Positions 1 to 13,911 of a stretch of DNA of 64,000 nt are shown piece after piece. This DNA comes from Eledone cirrhosa (lineage: Eukaryota): the NCBI GenBank assembly GCA_964016885.1, contig OZ024740.1, forward strand, positions 65,472,001-65,536,000, given 5' to 3'. A program made the translations under genes and the position numbers. The notes beneath the pieces were generated by a model that did not search any database, had not been told where the DNA came from, and saw nothing but the letters and a program-made list of their open reading frames with translations. How positions within the stretch are numbered: the stretch's first letter is position 1; every line of letters begins with the position of its first letter.

Positions 1-2222
1 TCACTTGATCGTCTGGTGAAGGGACCGTTGAATCGTCCCTTCGGCTGGTTGTCGGCTCTTCTATGAGTATGTCCGAATATTCTCTTCGGTTGATAGTTCC
101 TCCTAGGTCTCTGAAATCACAAACTGCGTTGGGGAATTTCGTTTTAATGTTTGTGTATTGTTTCTGTGCTATTTTTAGCAGTCTTATGTCAGTTGGCGTT
201 TTGATTGGTGCTGGTATAATGTAATCGTGTTGTGAAATGTCTGTGTGTTCAATTATGTAAGTCATTAGTTTCTTGTTGTGTGTATTTATTGCAGTGCATT
301 TGTTTTTCTGGGGGTGGGGTGTGGTTCTTCTCGTTGCTTTGTGTGTGTGTTTTGTTGTTGTGTTTTCGATGTTGGTGCTTGTGGTGGTGGTGTTGAAGGT
401 GTTGTTGGCGGTGGGATTGTCGCCGGTGGTGATGGTGGTGCTAGTGTGGGTGGTGATGGTTTTGGTGGTGTTGCTGCTGTGAGTCTCTTTGCAGTAAACT
501 TTACCCTTTTTTCATTTCTTTCCTCCCTTTTCAAAGGCGACGATGCGGTGCTTCTGCGTTTGTGCCTTCTTACGACCTTTTGCCATCCTCTCCCACCTCA
601 CACTCCATGTCTGATTCTGTGAAGTCGGGGAGGGGTACCAGCTCCACTCTTTCACTTGTTGTTGTTGGTGATGTTTGCACTGGAGTATCTGTTGCAGCTG
701 CATTTGGTATTGCTGTTGTTGTTGTTAATACTTCCACTGCTGCTGCTGTTTTTGATTTCCGTGGCGTGGGTATGGGTGCCACGGACCTATCGTTCCTGGT
801 TGCCGCTTGTCCTGTTGCTGGTAGCCGTGTAGCCGGTTTCGGAAGGAGGGGGGTTTCTCCTTTCTCGGGGTCTTCTCGTTGCAGAAGGCCCTGAGGTGAG
901 TCTTCGATCCACAGCGAAAGCATTTCGGGCGTTTGCCCTCAACACTTATGGGCAGTTGAGTGCCGTTATCGAAGTCTATTACATCCGGGATAGCTTCGAT
1001 GCACTCCTCGTTGGTTTGGATTAACATCTCAATGGAGGTGCCGACCCAATCTTCTCTTATTTTTTTCTGTACTTGCAGTACAGTTGTTTTGTCCTCGATT
1101 CCGACGAGGACAGACGCGGCCAGCCAAGAAGGGGCCATCCCGGGGGGGGACGTGGGTCAGTTTGACCCTCACAATTTTTTGCCCGCAGTAGGAGGGCACC
1201 AACACCATTTCCTCGCTCCTTAGGGTCACTACGGATTAAGCCTTTGCCTCCTGGGTGTGGCAAAAAGTACGTCTACGGTGGCATATTTCTTGCCTCGGGT
1301 GATGTGCGTTTTCGGCTGCCACACAGACCCCAAGGCTTTTTGTATGTGAGCCTCTGTGGCACATTCAACCCTACTGAATTTTGTACTTACTGTACGGTAC
1401 GTGACCGTACAGTGCTGTTGGGTTTCGAAAAAATTTTCCACTGCCTTGCAGATTGCTCGGTGTCCGGTTTTTGTCACCATCTTCTTCGCTTCCTCTAATT
1501 CCTCATTTGTTATGAGGATTGTTTCCAGGTTCTTCGCGATACCTGCAAACGAGATTGGTTTTTCTTTGCTGCTGCTGTTGTTGTTGTTGTCGTCAGAGCT
1601 GCTGTTACTTTTGTTGTTGCTGCAGGTACTACGACTACTGCCGCCGCCGCTGTTGCTGTGGTTGTTGTTGTTGTTGCTGTTGCTAATGCTGCTGTTGTTT
1701 ATGCTGCTGCTGATGCTGTTGCGGCTGCTACTGTTGTTTTCATTGTCACTGTTGCTGTTGTTATTACGGCTGCTACTGCTATTATTCCTGACGTCAGACG
1801 AATGAAATGGGTTTTCGTATTTCCCGCACACCTGTTTCGTCGTTGTTGTCGTTGTCGTGGAGAAATCTTGCACGCTTTGCACGAGGCTTTTCTTTTCTGT
1901 CGTCGCTTGCGAAAGAGAAGGGAGGGAGAGAGACAATCTTCTCTCTGCTGTAGTGACGATTGAGGAAGAAGAAGACGGAATGAGTGGGAGTGACCTGTGA
2001 AAATTCTTTTTCGTAGCCATGTTGTTTTTTTTGTTTAAAATAAATATTGGGCACAAAACCCAATAAGCAGTTATTTAACCCCGAAGGGCCAAATAACGGG
2101 CAGAAAGACCCCTCTCACGAGGAGGAGGTTGTTTTTGTCTACATGTTGGTTAAAGTGTTAACAATTTACAATTGATATAGCGTTCAAAATTTACAATACC
2201 TTACAGAGCCGAGCCTCCGTCA
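1..2222 (-). mobile_element. L1/Tx1-clade LINE, copy 1: 5' UTR plus frameshifted gag-like ORF1; runs off the left edge
   Basis: ORFs 1229..2056 and 725..1138 carry a CCHC knuckle (RPKCFRCGSKTHLRAFC). Sequence 836-2222 is highly similar to 21294-22830, which continues into APE and RT. Confidence 0.85.
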
Positions 2223-2256
2223 ACCATAGCATTCAATAATAATAATAATAATAATC

Positions 2257-2890
2257 TGAGTGTAAACACCTAGCACAGACTCACTATAAGGGCTGGAGAC
2301 ATGATGAGATGGGCAGGGTGATCCACTAGCACCTATGCAATGTAAACAATTTACCATATTCTGAGAAGTGGTATGAGCATAAGCCAGAGTCGGTGATAGA
2401 AAACGATCAGGTGAAGGTGCTATGGGATTTTAGGATACAGACGGACAAGAAACTGGAACACAATAGACCTGACCTGGTGGTGTTGGACAAGGAAAAAAGA
2501 TCGTGCCTGATTGTGGATGGGGCCTGCCTATTAGACACGAGAGTGCAATAGAAGGAGAGGGAGAATGTTAACCGATATCAGGACTGAAAGTGGTAGATAA
2601 AAAGGATCTGAAACTGCCATGAAGTCAAAGTGGTCCCGATTGTCATAGGCGCACTAGGCACTATCTCAAAAAGTTTTCAGGGATGGTTAAAGAAAATTGG
2701 CCCCGCCCCGCTTTTCGGAACGCTTCAAAAGGCATGCTTGCTGGGAACAGCAAGAACCCTCCGATACGTCCTGAATATCTGAGGCTGCAGTTAATGGCTT
2801 GATATTCATTTCAACAAATTTCCAGTTAACTAACATCAATGACTGAGACCCAAAGAACAATAATAATTATTATTATTATAATAATAACAA
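2257..2890 (+). mobile_element. R4/Dong-type LINE 3' fragment (family B), RLE domain, (TAA)n tail
   Basis: Near-identical to 17366-17985 and 24167-24817. Degenerate LWDFRIQTDKKLEHNRPD motif, preceded and followed by AAT repeats. Confidence 0.85.
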
Positions 2891-2944
<54 letters not shown>

Positions 2945-3141
2945 GAATTTTGCACCCTTAATTCATACGGATGTCCTCTTGCATCAAATGAGTTCATGGT
3001 ATCCTATTATACCTGCCCATTGTTAGAAAATCTTCAATTCATATACATTACCACCTAGTGTCCCTCTTTGACAGAATGATGATTTTCACAATAGCAGAAT
3101 TGATGTCTCTGCCTCTGGAGATTTCCCACCGTGTCTATATT

Positions 3142-3282
3142 CGAATGGAATTTATTGGACATATTATAATCGTTTCTCTGGCGACCAGCTCGAGGCACGA
3201 TCGATGTGATGATCGAACCTGACTCTGAAAATCGAGTGGTCGCCAGAGAACCGATTGTAATATGTCCAATAAATTCCATTCG
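3142..3282. repeat. Inverted repeat, about 46-bp arms with about 49-nt spacer, in a TA-bounded block
   Basis: 3142-3187 is the reverse complement of 3237-3282 with 2 mismatches. Confidence 0.8.
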
Positions 3283-3409
3283 TCGCAACACTGATTCTCT
3301 TTTTTCTGTGATATCATACTCTGCTCTATGAGAGCATCGAATGCTCAAACGGCCTACCGCATGCGGAGGTTTTAAACATCCAACACCAATTATATGTATA
3401 TATATATAC

Positions 3410-3446
<37 letters not shown>

Positions 3447-3448
<2 letters not shown>

Positions 3449-3569
3449 CGTTTCTGAATTTGTTTAGCAAGATTCTTTATCTGAAATCATGTGTTGAAAC
3501 CGATATTGTTATACTTTGGGAGGGTCATGTTGCCAATAAATTATTGGCAACATGACCCTCCCAAAGTAT

Positions 3570-3577
<8 letters not shown>
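3447..3577 (-). mobile_element. Fold-back remnant of a PLE terminal repeat: perfect 37-bp palindrome arms plus tail, between (TA)n
   Basis: Arms 3503-3539 and 3541-3577. Same sequence as 59943-59979 and 60370-60459, and similar to the 3' end of the GIY-YIG element at 34840-34868. Confidence 0.75.
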
Positions 3578-3622
<45 letters not shown>

Positions 3623-5169
3623 TATAAATATATATATATATATATATATGCACACACACCTAAATAGGTATATAGTGAATGAAGATACTTAAATATATGA
3701 GAGACTTCATTTATTCAAGTAAATCACCTCTTATTTCTAATGTACAAACTGTATTATGGAGTTACGATTGCCAACGCGTTAGTCCGCTCTTCAAAGGTAG
3801 ATAAATGTGTTAACTCGATCGGTTTATGAGAAAATAGGGAAAATAATATAAATGATGGGATTTCTTTTCTTGTCCGAAATTCACTTTGAAGTTATAGAAA
3901 TCTTTGAAACCTTTGTGTTTCATCATAGTATGTTAGTGGACATCGTACATGTGCGCAGGTATGGATGTATCTGTGTATTATGCATATGCTACATATAGCA
4001 AGTTGTCAGGAGGAAAATAAGCATAAACGACGTGATAAAATATTAATATCGTATTACGCCTCAATAAAATGTAAGAAGATAAGGATTGTAGGTTATTATT
4101 AATGGTTTCTAATGTATACATAGGGTACCGCACATGGAAGATGTATTAGTCAATGTAATTGACCGTAATCTTCCAATGGTATTATATTTTATCAACTTTG
4201 AGTGATAATAGGTAAGGTTGAATCCCCTGGATAACTGAAACCTTAATTCCCATAATGATCCGTGATATTCTCACAAAATTCATGGCTTATGTGATTTTCA
4301 CACAATATTAAACTGGAAATCATGTGCTAGAGAGCAAGGTGTTATTTTCCATTCTCGTCAATAGTCGTTACATACTTTGAAGATATATTCAAGGCCCTAT
4401 TTATTGATAGAAAATATTTATCAGCAGATTCCCGTTAAATTCTATATCTAGAAATCAATACAACTACCTTATTTCTTGTTCACATTATTATGTGTTTGTG
4501 ATTCATTTTTCATGCAGGTCTCCTTAAACAGTGTCTGCCAGAGTTTTCCTTCTCAGTTACACACACAACAAAGTGAAACATCACACTTTTATAGTTTTAT
4601 TGATATTTTACAATCCTGCTGTTTTCATGTTACTTCTTTGTAGTATCCATTTAAAACAATAATCTGTGGTTTGCACAAATAAAATTACGGCGTGAATCAG
4701 AAAAGAATGAATGAGTTGATGGAAATTGAATCAAGTTTACTTCTAGAAATATAGTTCATATCTTCCTATAACCATGTCATATTTTCGTAAGACGTACTTC
4801 TACAGAAACGTTAGTATGATGTCAAATCAAACCTTTGATCATAGATCTATCAAATTAACTTTTGGGAGATGCTATATCACAAAAGCAACAAAATTGAACA
4901 TTAACACTATCCAATGAGGGAAATAAATACTTGTTAAACCAGATGCTTAATATCAATTGACTGAGATTTATGAAATATTCCATCCTAAAACAAATCACGG
5001 ATGTTTATGGCTGAAACGAGATTGTTAAACGATCTCTTCTGTCAAGATAGACGTTGAGCTCAACACTACCACTACCGGCAGCACATAAGTTGGCAATTCA
5101 AATTTTCACTTGCGTACTGAAGGTTCAATTACAGAGATCATTATATCAATGCAAACTAAATCATTACAC

Positions 5170-5805
5170 ATTTTGTTTTCCTAAATTAAACTTGACTTTC
5201 TGAAATCTTCCAAAGCCGAGGGAGTCTCTGTAGGACAGATAAATGGTCCATTGAAATGCATAAATGATGACCTAGAGCATGTAGCAAAAGCAAAGCAATT
5301 TGGGAGCATCTTGGTGCTCTTCCAAACTGACGACCTTGCAATCAAGCATTTTGTTGTCCCCTGCAAAACAAACAAAATAATCATGTACCCATGTGCGGAA
5401 GAGGACAATAAGGGTCAGTGCTCCAAGGATTCCACAGGGACTATACGTATGGTCCTTCCTGGGAACTGTAGCGACAGAAGGTCCTGATATTCTCCTAAAC
5501 ATTAAATTTACAAAAACGAAGAAATGGTCCGGGTTTGGTTTGGAGATTCTTCTCCAAATCAGGCCCGAAGACATAAAAAATATCCCGTACCACATGAAAC
5601 TGCCGGAGGGGTCCGAAATGCAAGCAGTCATGGATGGCAAACGACCGGACTATTTCGTTTGTGGCGAAGCCACACACCTGCGAACTTTTTGCCTCCAGCT
5701 GAAAAAGTCAATTTTTACTCGATTTCAGTGTAAGCCCATACTGTCCCTGTATTTTCGTATTGTCCATTATACGTAGGCCCTTGTGGTCAATAAAACAATT
5801 AAATT
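5170..5805 (+). pseudogene. Diverged L1/Tx1 ORF1 (gag-like) fragment
   Basis: ORF 5393..5776 ends DGKRPDYFVCGEATHLRTFC and aligns by eye with EGKRPKCFRCGSKTHLRAFC of copy 1. Frameshifted relative to 5251..5487. Confidence 0.7.
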
Positions 5806-5807
5806 GA

Positions 5808-6031
5808 CTGGCAGTAACGGTGAAGCGTCAGAAACCATGCTTTGCTGCATAGATTTATGGTACTTTACGTTCTTTGTTCAAATACAGCCGAGGTTAATTT
5901 TGCCTCATATCCTTACAGGCTCGATAAAATAAAGCACCAGTAACACACTTGGGTCTATTTAATCGACAGTCATCTCTCTTTCAAATTGCTCATGTATAGA
6001 CAATTATTATTATTATTATTAATATTATTAT
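5808..6031 (+). mobile_element. tRNA-derived SINE (family 1), degenerate
   Basis: gttcaaat B-box-like motif, tcgataaaataaagcaccag core and (TTA)n tail. Homologous to 11784-12006. Confidence 0.75.
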
Positions 6032-6566
6032 TGGTTGTTCGCTCCGCAAACTTCATAATTATTGAATCATCGACTGCTTATCGAGTCTCAAGTACAGCAA
6101 TATTTTCATGAATATATTCCTAGTATTCAATGACACAGTCATATATGTAGTAGAACAATTTATGATTCGTGATCTAATTGCGAATGAATCAATTTTAGCT
6201 TAAATGGCATCGAGTTCAAAGCAACGATGACAAGTGGAATTGTTATGATGTTAGGTGATATTTTATTTCGTTCTTGCTCCATCGTTCTTGGTTTGGTGGA
6301 ATGTTTAGAATGTAGGATAAATATTTTATCACATGATGTTCCTCCTCTTTATATTCTGAATTAAAATCCCACTGAGTTGTAATTTTCCTTTCATGATTCC
6401 ATCACTTGTGTCGGTTTAACCGACTTTCCCCTGCATTAAATTTCTTGGCCTGTGCTTAAATCAGAAACCATTATTATCCTGCTTATGCACAGTGATGGTT
6501 TTATATATACTGGATCATTTAATTGACTCCTTATCACAGCATTGGCAGTATGTACAGTCAGATAAC

Positions 6567-6790
6567 GGTGGATTGGCAGTATTAGGAGACTGGCGGGAAA
6601 CCTGCTTTGCTGGTTATGATTAAGATATTGTTTGTTCTAAGTTCAAATCCTGCCAAGATTATCTGTCTTTCATACTTAGGGGGTCGATAAAATAAAGTAC
6701 TTCTAATGCACTGGGGTCAATTTAATAGAATTTCTCCTCCTCCAAATCTGTTGTCTTTGTTCCTTAATCTGACACCATTATTATTATTAT
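6567..6790 (+). mobile_element. tRNA-derived SINE (family 1)
   Basis: ggtggattggcag start, gttcaaatcc B-box, ggggtcgataaaataaagtac core and (TTA)n tail. Confidence 0.75.
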
Positions 6791-7059
6791 GTTCATGAGA
6801 TATATTTTGATCGTAATTTATAAAAGGTTGTGAAATTTCGAACAGAATGATTTAGTAGATTTCTCGAAAGAATAAAACACACTGTTGACCCTGTTTGAAT
6901 TTCAGTTTGACAGCTAACAAAGCAAATTATTTTCAATGAAATATTTTTTTCCAATTAGAAAATTCTTTTTGAACAACATTTAAAAGATAGAATCATGATA
7001 CTAATATTTTGTTTTCTTATTTTCTTAATTTAAGTACCAAGAAATTCTTTTCAAACTAC

Positions 7060-7290
7060 TTTCTCATTTCACCACTTCAACATTTCTACTGGCATAATCA
7101 TTACGTTCAATATCAGTATGATAAACATCGTTATGATTTTCATCATCATCATCCACTTCGACCTCTTCATGCTCTTCCTTCTCCTCCCCCTCTCCCTCAC
7201 CATTATCAACATCATCACCTCCATCATCAACATCATGGCAACCCTTATTAACATGCCTGTGATTATCTTCAATCAACATTTAATTCATTC
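7060..7290. repeat. Degenerate (CAT)n-rich low-complexity tract
   Basis: Repeated catcat/cctcct units; the overlapping ORFs are compositional artefacts. Confidence 0.7.
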
Positions 7291-7439
7291 TCAGGAGTGA
7301 CATTGGTGAAAACTATTTAGAAATTAATTTGAAAGATGCCTTTCTTTTATATTCAATAAAATTAACTTCGAGAACAAAACAAAACGAAATTTAAAACATA
7401 TGTATGTATGTATATATGTATATATATATTATATATATG

Positions 7440-7477
<38 letters not shown>

Positions 7478-8399
7478 TATGTGTGTGTGTGTGTGTGTGT
7501 GTATGTGTGTGTGTGTGTGTGTGCGTGCGTGTATGTGTGTGCGTGCATATTTGAGTGCCTGTGTATGTGGACGTATATATTCATAGAAAATAGAAGTCAT
7601 AACTTTGTTCGGATGTGCTTTGGTTTAGATTTGCTTCAGTTCTTAATAAATGAGTTGAAAAGAGATTAGAATTTATAGCAGTCATTTTGACTACATATTG
7701 TTTTTTTTTTCTATTTTATATGGTATATGTACATTTTCTACTAGAATTTATTCAGAGTATCTGCACCGTAAAGAAATATTCTGTTTTACAGATTTTAATA
7801 AAATCAGTAACACTAAAGAAAACTATAAAGCAATCATATTCGTATATACAATAATTTCGGAATCTGTTTGTAAGTAATTACATTTTTGTGATGGAATAAC
7901 ATATGTTAAGATGTTAGCCACTGGAAATGCCCCGACAGAATATTTGTAAAGTACTAAATCTATTCATATAAAATTGCTAATGACATTGGAAAATGTACTG
8001 ATTTCAAATTTCCAGGAAGAGAAGTTTACACGCTCTACAAACACACACACGCACACACTCTCTCTCTCGGTAACTCGCTCTGACATACACGCGCACCATT
8101 CGCCCCCCCCCCACCAGTTTAGCTCTAGTTAAACAGATATATATTGCAAAGCAACCCAGATATATTGTGAAATATTCCAGTTGTGAGCTAACAAAGAGCT
8201 ACTGTTTTCGGCAAATTATTTTCTAAACCCACGAGTACATTGGATTGTGTTATAGTTGGACGAACATGTGTTGGTTGTACATATGATGTATGAATAATAT
8301 TTACTTTAAGCTGCATTGCTGAATTTAATTTTTCTTGTGTAGAATCTAATTTGGGAAAAGAAGAAAAACTTTCCATAGTGTATAAATAAAAAAAGCTTC

Positions 8400-10500
8400 G
8401 ATTTTGTGCGTTTGTTCATGTTTTTGTTATCAAACTACTATGTTTTCCCTCTCATAACCGACATTATATTTGTTACGATATTAGTATCTCTGTACATTTG
8501 CTGATTCTCCGCAAATAAAAAGTCAAAAGGTTGACAGTAGGGATCGAGATGTCTATTTGAGTAAGCATTGATTCGCTTCATTCATTGATAAATATATATG
8601 GAGGGTATGATGAGATCTCATTGACAGTATTGAAAGAAAAATAATTGTGATACGTTTGGTATATATGTGTACACAGCTTCACTTCTAATATGTCTGAGTA
8701 TACATGCTGAAATGAGGTGTTTAATTGCCTACTTGTAATGTCTGTCGAATGTGCACTTCATATTGGAAACTTACCTAATTATCTGAATGAATTGTGGCTA
8801 TACATTAATCCTATGTAACTTAAATAAACGTTCTTTCTGCTCTTAGTCCATATATCATCTCTCATTGTTTACTATGTGTATATGAATCCTCGATGGCTTT
8901 TTACTTGGGAATATATTATTTTCGGTACATTTCCGTTCTTATTTTGTGTAGCTCTTCTTAATTTTTCTTTGTTTCTTTCTTATGAAAATATTTTTCTATT
9001 GCTCATGATTGATCTATATCTTTCTTCTTACATAAAGAGAAAAACTTTTCATCTTTTCATATTACAAATATCAACTTCAATTCGATTGTTTCTCGTTATT
9101 TATAGATTATACATTTGCCCGTATTCCTTTTTCTGCATTATATGTTTATTCAGTCTGCAAGTACTATCGGATTTAGCTTCGGTATTTTGTTAGTTGTTTC
9201 ATTTTGTTTTGTTATCTCAGTGCTTAAATTAACTTCCAAATCATTATGTTGGGACTGTTGTCGATACCTGGTGGCATGGATAGTCTATTTCTATCGTTTA
9301 TTTTATGTCTAACAATGTGTTTGTTTTTCAAAATTACTCACATTATTATATAGTATGTTAGTTTTGTTTTGCTTTGAGATTAGGTTACTTTTTACTGATG
9401 CTATTTTAGTCACCCTTTTCTTTTTTCCATTTTTCGGTGTGTGAATTTTCATTTTTCACGAGCTGCCTGGTTGTTGTTATGTGATGACAATTGTTGTTTA
9501 GTGTATATAGTCTGAAGATTTTGTAAAATGTGAGATGTGTATACTTCTATGAGTTATATAGTAACCTGGGTTATGTTATTTATAGAGTGTCGACACTGAC
9601 AAGAACCTGTTATTTACGTTGTGTTTCGTTGTAAAATATTTTATAATGTATGTGTCGAGTGCAGAGTATATACTATTCGTGTTGTATTCAAAATGCCTCG
9701 CTGAAATTATTAGAGCTATCTCCAGACAGTATATGTGACCATAATTTTGTCATAGTTTGTACGTGTTGTTCGTAATTTTATTATATCTCAATGGCCCATT
9801 ATATTGTTTTCTAGTATTTAAACGTTCTGTTATATTCAATTTAGAGTTCATATTATTTTTACAGTTTCCCATGCCTGATTCGCGTAATGATTGTGTTACA
9901 ATGGATTGTGATAGCCATCAATATATAGTTTTGTTTTTAATTCTAGACTTTGGTTATACATTCTCGAGTGATGTGCACATGAATAGAATGTGTCCAGGTG
10001 TTTACAATTCCCCGTGCTTGGTATAAGTTAATATGCCCTCCTATTCATTTTTCCTTAGACGCTTGCTTTTTCAACTTTTGGATATAGCTAGTTATTCGAT
10101 CGTGGCTGTATATGCAAACAATTTTGTCAGGATTGGAAAGCCAGTGATTATGTTTTCAAACAATCTGGATACTGGATTTATAGTCCACGTTTAGTGCCAG
10201 CCACTATTTAAAATTTGTAGTTCTTTGAACATTAGCAGCGGGAAATTGGTCGTCTGCCTGCCTCTAGCTGAGAACGTTTGAGGCATTGTTGATTTGTCTA
10301 CCTCCTCTGAAGATAAAAGTATAAGTTTGATAAATGTTAATGTGCCGCTAATAGGAATAACGTAGCTTGATTTTGTGTGGAGGAGGGGAATGATCGCGGT
10401 GATTAACTGGTGTTAATTTTTCTCGCCAATCTTTCAAATTTAATGGTTGTAGGAGATAAAAAGATGAGGAGTGGTGGCTAAAGTAGTAGAGATAGATAAG
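8400..10500 (-). mobile_element. Very old L1-like LINE remnant (ORF1 knuckle plus APE traces)
   Basis: Minus strand is A-rich with broken motifs: CK.PGHILFMC near 9975-10008, ILSGD near 9720 and NRFL near 9600. There are many stops and frameshifts. Confidence 0.35.
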
Positions 10501-11689
10501 GCAGATACAAGATTCGTTCCTCGTAATAGGAATTGTGTGCGTGTTGTTGAACTGCGTCGTGAAATTCAGTAGAGCAGTCATGGGTTCAGTGAATTCTAAG
10601 ATGTATGTAACAACAGCAATATATGAGAACATAGTCTTTAGCGAGATTTACACGAGATTCAAAGTTACTAATCATTGTATTTTGATCAATTGTTGGATTA
10701 CAAATAGTAGGGCAGTCATTGTAATGAAGCCTTTCTTCTCGTTGTGGAGAAGCTTTCCCCAACAAATTCACATTGATGTTTTAGGCCTAGCGTACGCAGC
10801 TTCCGAGCGTTTGCTAGTTGCATGTTTTTCGTGATTATGTAGATGTAGGCTGTGCAATTAATTGCTATCAAGCATTAATTAAAGTTTATGCCATTCACAC
10901 TCAGATTGCCATAGAATTTTCTTCTTGGGAACATGCTATATAAAATACATTTCTACCATAAATGTCCAACGACTTCACTGTACAAGCTGATTTATGCAAT
11001 TTAGAATCTATGATTATTATATTTATAATCGATGCATATTTTTGGGAAACGTATACTAATGTGCATGTTTCGTTAACGAAACCACTTCACCGTTTTATTT
11101 CAGTGGCCAATTGATATGTTTGCTTTCATTATATCGCATTATTTGACTACATACGCTAATCATAATTTATCGATAGTTCTAATCGCGTGACAGATATTCC
11201 ATAGAGAGAATTTAAGTGTATTTGACGAGCATATTGTTGAAATTAGTTTTGAAAATAGATGCGAATTAATCTGTATAAAGAGTCACGCATTTAATCAATT
11301 TAATTCATGAGAATATTATTTATTAACTAGATGTCAAATTAAAAGAGTTTTCATGTGAACTGAAATAGACAGTTGTAATGCAAATCGGACAATACTGATT
11401 ATTTCATGTAATAAAAACTATTGTAACAGCAATTAAGTAATTTGTATCCGTTTATATCCTGGTGAGATATCGCAGGTCATATTGAAATTTTAAGTTTCGT
11501 GCTTAAACGGATATAATATTGAATTAATTCTATTCATTAATTTCACCAATAAATTTACACCATTCATAATTCCAATAAATTATCTCCGATAATATTTAGA
11601 TTCTTGATCCGTAATAGAAAAACGCATTTCAAATAAAAAAAATGAATACAATAATAATACTAATATCATTAATAATGATAATACAAATA

Positions 11690-11762
11690 ATATTGTTTCT
11701 ACTTTAGGCACAAGGCCAGCAATTACCCAGTGCATTACTGGTACTTTATTTTATCGACCCCG
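11690..11762 (-). mobile_element. SINE family 1, 3' fragment
   Basis: ggcacaaggccagcaatt...actggtactttattttatcgacccc. Confidence 0.75.
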
Positions 11763-11783
11763 TAATAAAAGTAATATTATTCA

Positions 11784-12006
11784 TAATAATGGTTTCTTAT
11801 ATAGGCACAAGGCCAGCAATTTTGGGGGAGGGGAAAGTCGATTAAATCAACCCCACTGCGTGACTAGTATTTTATTTTATCGACTCCATAAGGATGAAAT
11901 GCAAAGCTAGCCTCGGCAGGATTCGAACTCAGAACGTAAAGGGTCGTAACTCAATGCCACAAAACATGGTGTCCGATGCCCTACCGATACTGCCAATCCA
12001 CCACCC
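11784..12006 (-). mobile_element. tRNA-derived SINE (family 1), near full length
   Basis: Minus strand has A-box-like TGGCAGTATCGG and B-box GAGTTCGAATCC, the conserved core and a (TTA)n tail. Confidence 0.85.
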
Positions 12007-12089
12007 TAATGGTACCAACACCACCAACAACAATACTTCTCAATTGACATGAGCATAATATCAAATCGTAACAACTGGAATGAGGTCCA

Positions 12090-12480
12090 AAAACATTAAA
12101 TATAAGGTTCTGAAAATTTTCATTGAGAAATGAGGAATCTTAAGACATGTGCATTACAGTCAGAGAACCTGGAATGATGAAAAATGGAATATAGAGTTAA
12201 TTGGGCCATGTACCTAGGAATGGCTACTCTGCAATAAATAGAGAAAATAGTGCTGACTGGCAACGAGAAGGTCAATAATAGTTTAGATGCATTGCAAATA
12301 TATATATCTTTTGTAAGCTCTTATGATAACAGTTGTATACCAATTGATTCTTAAATATATGTATTACCAAATATATCCTCAGGTATCAGGTTAAACCCGA
12401 CAGGATATGGGAAAGAAGGAGAATGCAAGGGAAGTTGGAAATAATTATAATAATAATGATGATCATGATAATAATTCTAA
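12090..12480 (+). mobile_element. Highly decayed R4/Dong 3' remnant
   Basis: EKIVLTG at about 12241-12261 matches the C-terminal QKIVLMGT of ORF 14018..16360, followed by a TAA-rich tail. Confidence 0.45.
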
Positions 12481-12794
12481 TACTAATAATAGTAATCCCG
12501 CTAGTTTGAAGCATTTTCCATGTCTAAAACGCTAGTTGTGATACAATGTTGGTTGCAGCAGGTACATTTGCCCTGAAAAGGGGGGCTCCATAATATTTGG
12601 ACATCCGGCTCAAATATTTAATTTCATATTTAAATTTGCTAACACCCACCGACATAAAAATGCTTACAGCTGAAGACAAACATGTTCCTTCCGCGTCCAC
12701 TGTATGGAACAGCAACAATAATGGCAATGACAACACCACCACCGCAACCACCACCACCACTGAAACCACCACCACCAATACCATTAATAATAAA

Positions 12795-13847
12795 AATACT
12801 GAATGGACGGAAGAAGATGGAAGCTACCAAGAAATGGGCGGTATCATTCCTTAGATATGGGGTGGAGCTGATCACGTGGAAAATGGAAGTGCTAAACAGT
12901 CTAGATCAAAACACAAAATATATATTGACTAGATATGGAGTATTACACCCAAAGAACGACACAGACAGATTATATCTACCAATCAAAAGAGTAAGAAGAA
13001 GACAGATCGAGTGAGAAGACAGCCTTAGAACAGACGAAAACAACATGACGTGGTACATATACAATTCCACACAACCGCTTTTGCTGGAAGTAAGAAGGCC
13101 AGGGCTGTGCAAAATAGAAGATTGAAAAGAAAAATCACATTTGAAGACGAATAAAACTGAAAGTAGACGGACAGAAAAATATTGTATGGACAATCAAAGA
13201 ATAGACCACACAGCAGACAGTGATAAGAGTCAAATTTGTGGTATGAATGGAGAAATGGTATATTATCGGTCAATGTACACCACTAGCTCGGAAAGAATAT
13301 AAGAGACGTCACGACAACATAGCAAGTATAGTCCATTGGGCAATTTGTGGAAAGCAGAAAAGTGGTATGAACAAACCCACGAGGGCGTTATTAAAATTGA
13401 TGATGCAAAGATACTATGGGATTTTGTGATACAATGTTACCATGAGATTGAAGATAGGAAAGCAGGTATTGTATAAATTAAGAAAGAAAGCAAACAATGT
13501 TGGATCATAGACATAGCCTGTCCAGCAAACACCAAGGAAAAAACTAATAGATATGACAGGTTAGCTTGGGAGATTAAGCAATTGTGGTCACTGAAAAAAG
13601 TTGATGGTAATACCAATAATAGTTAGAGTTTGGGGGACAGTGAGTAGAGATCTTGAGAAGTACATAAAACAAATAGGAACTGTAATACGGATGGAACATT
13701 TACAAAAAAAACAGCATTGCCTGGAACGCTTTAATACTCCTGAGGGTACTTGAAAAATAAGTGGTGTTACCTCAGTTTACTGGTAGTGAACAGCTAACAG
13801 TGTAATACAACTCCAGCGTTAAAAGCTGAGCGAAGAAACAATAATAA
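12795..13847 (+). mobile_element. R4/Dong-type LINE 3' part (family C), degenerate
   Basis: VLHPKNDTDRLYLP and YKRRHDNIASIVHW motifs, plus an AAT tail. Confidence 0.8.
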
Positions 13848-13911
13848 TTGTTTCTACTTTAGGCACCTTTACTCCACAACATAGTAATAATACGGTAGTA
13901 ATAATAATAAT

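Noticed and set aside
7391-7669. YI/CV/TH-rich ORFs here and throughout the window
   Set aside because: They are translations of (TA)n, (TG)n and (CA)n microsatellites.
11915-12006. tRNA gene suggested by A-box and B-box motifs
   Set aside because: The boxes are too far apart, there is no cloverleaf, and they are part of the multi-copy SINE.
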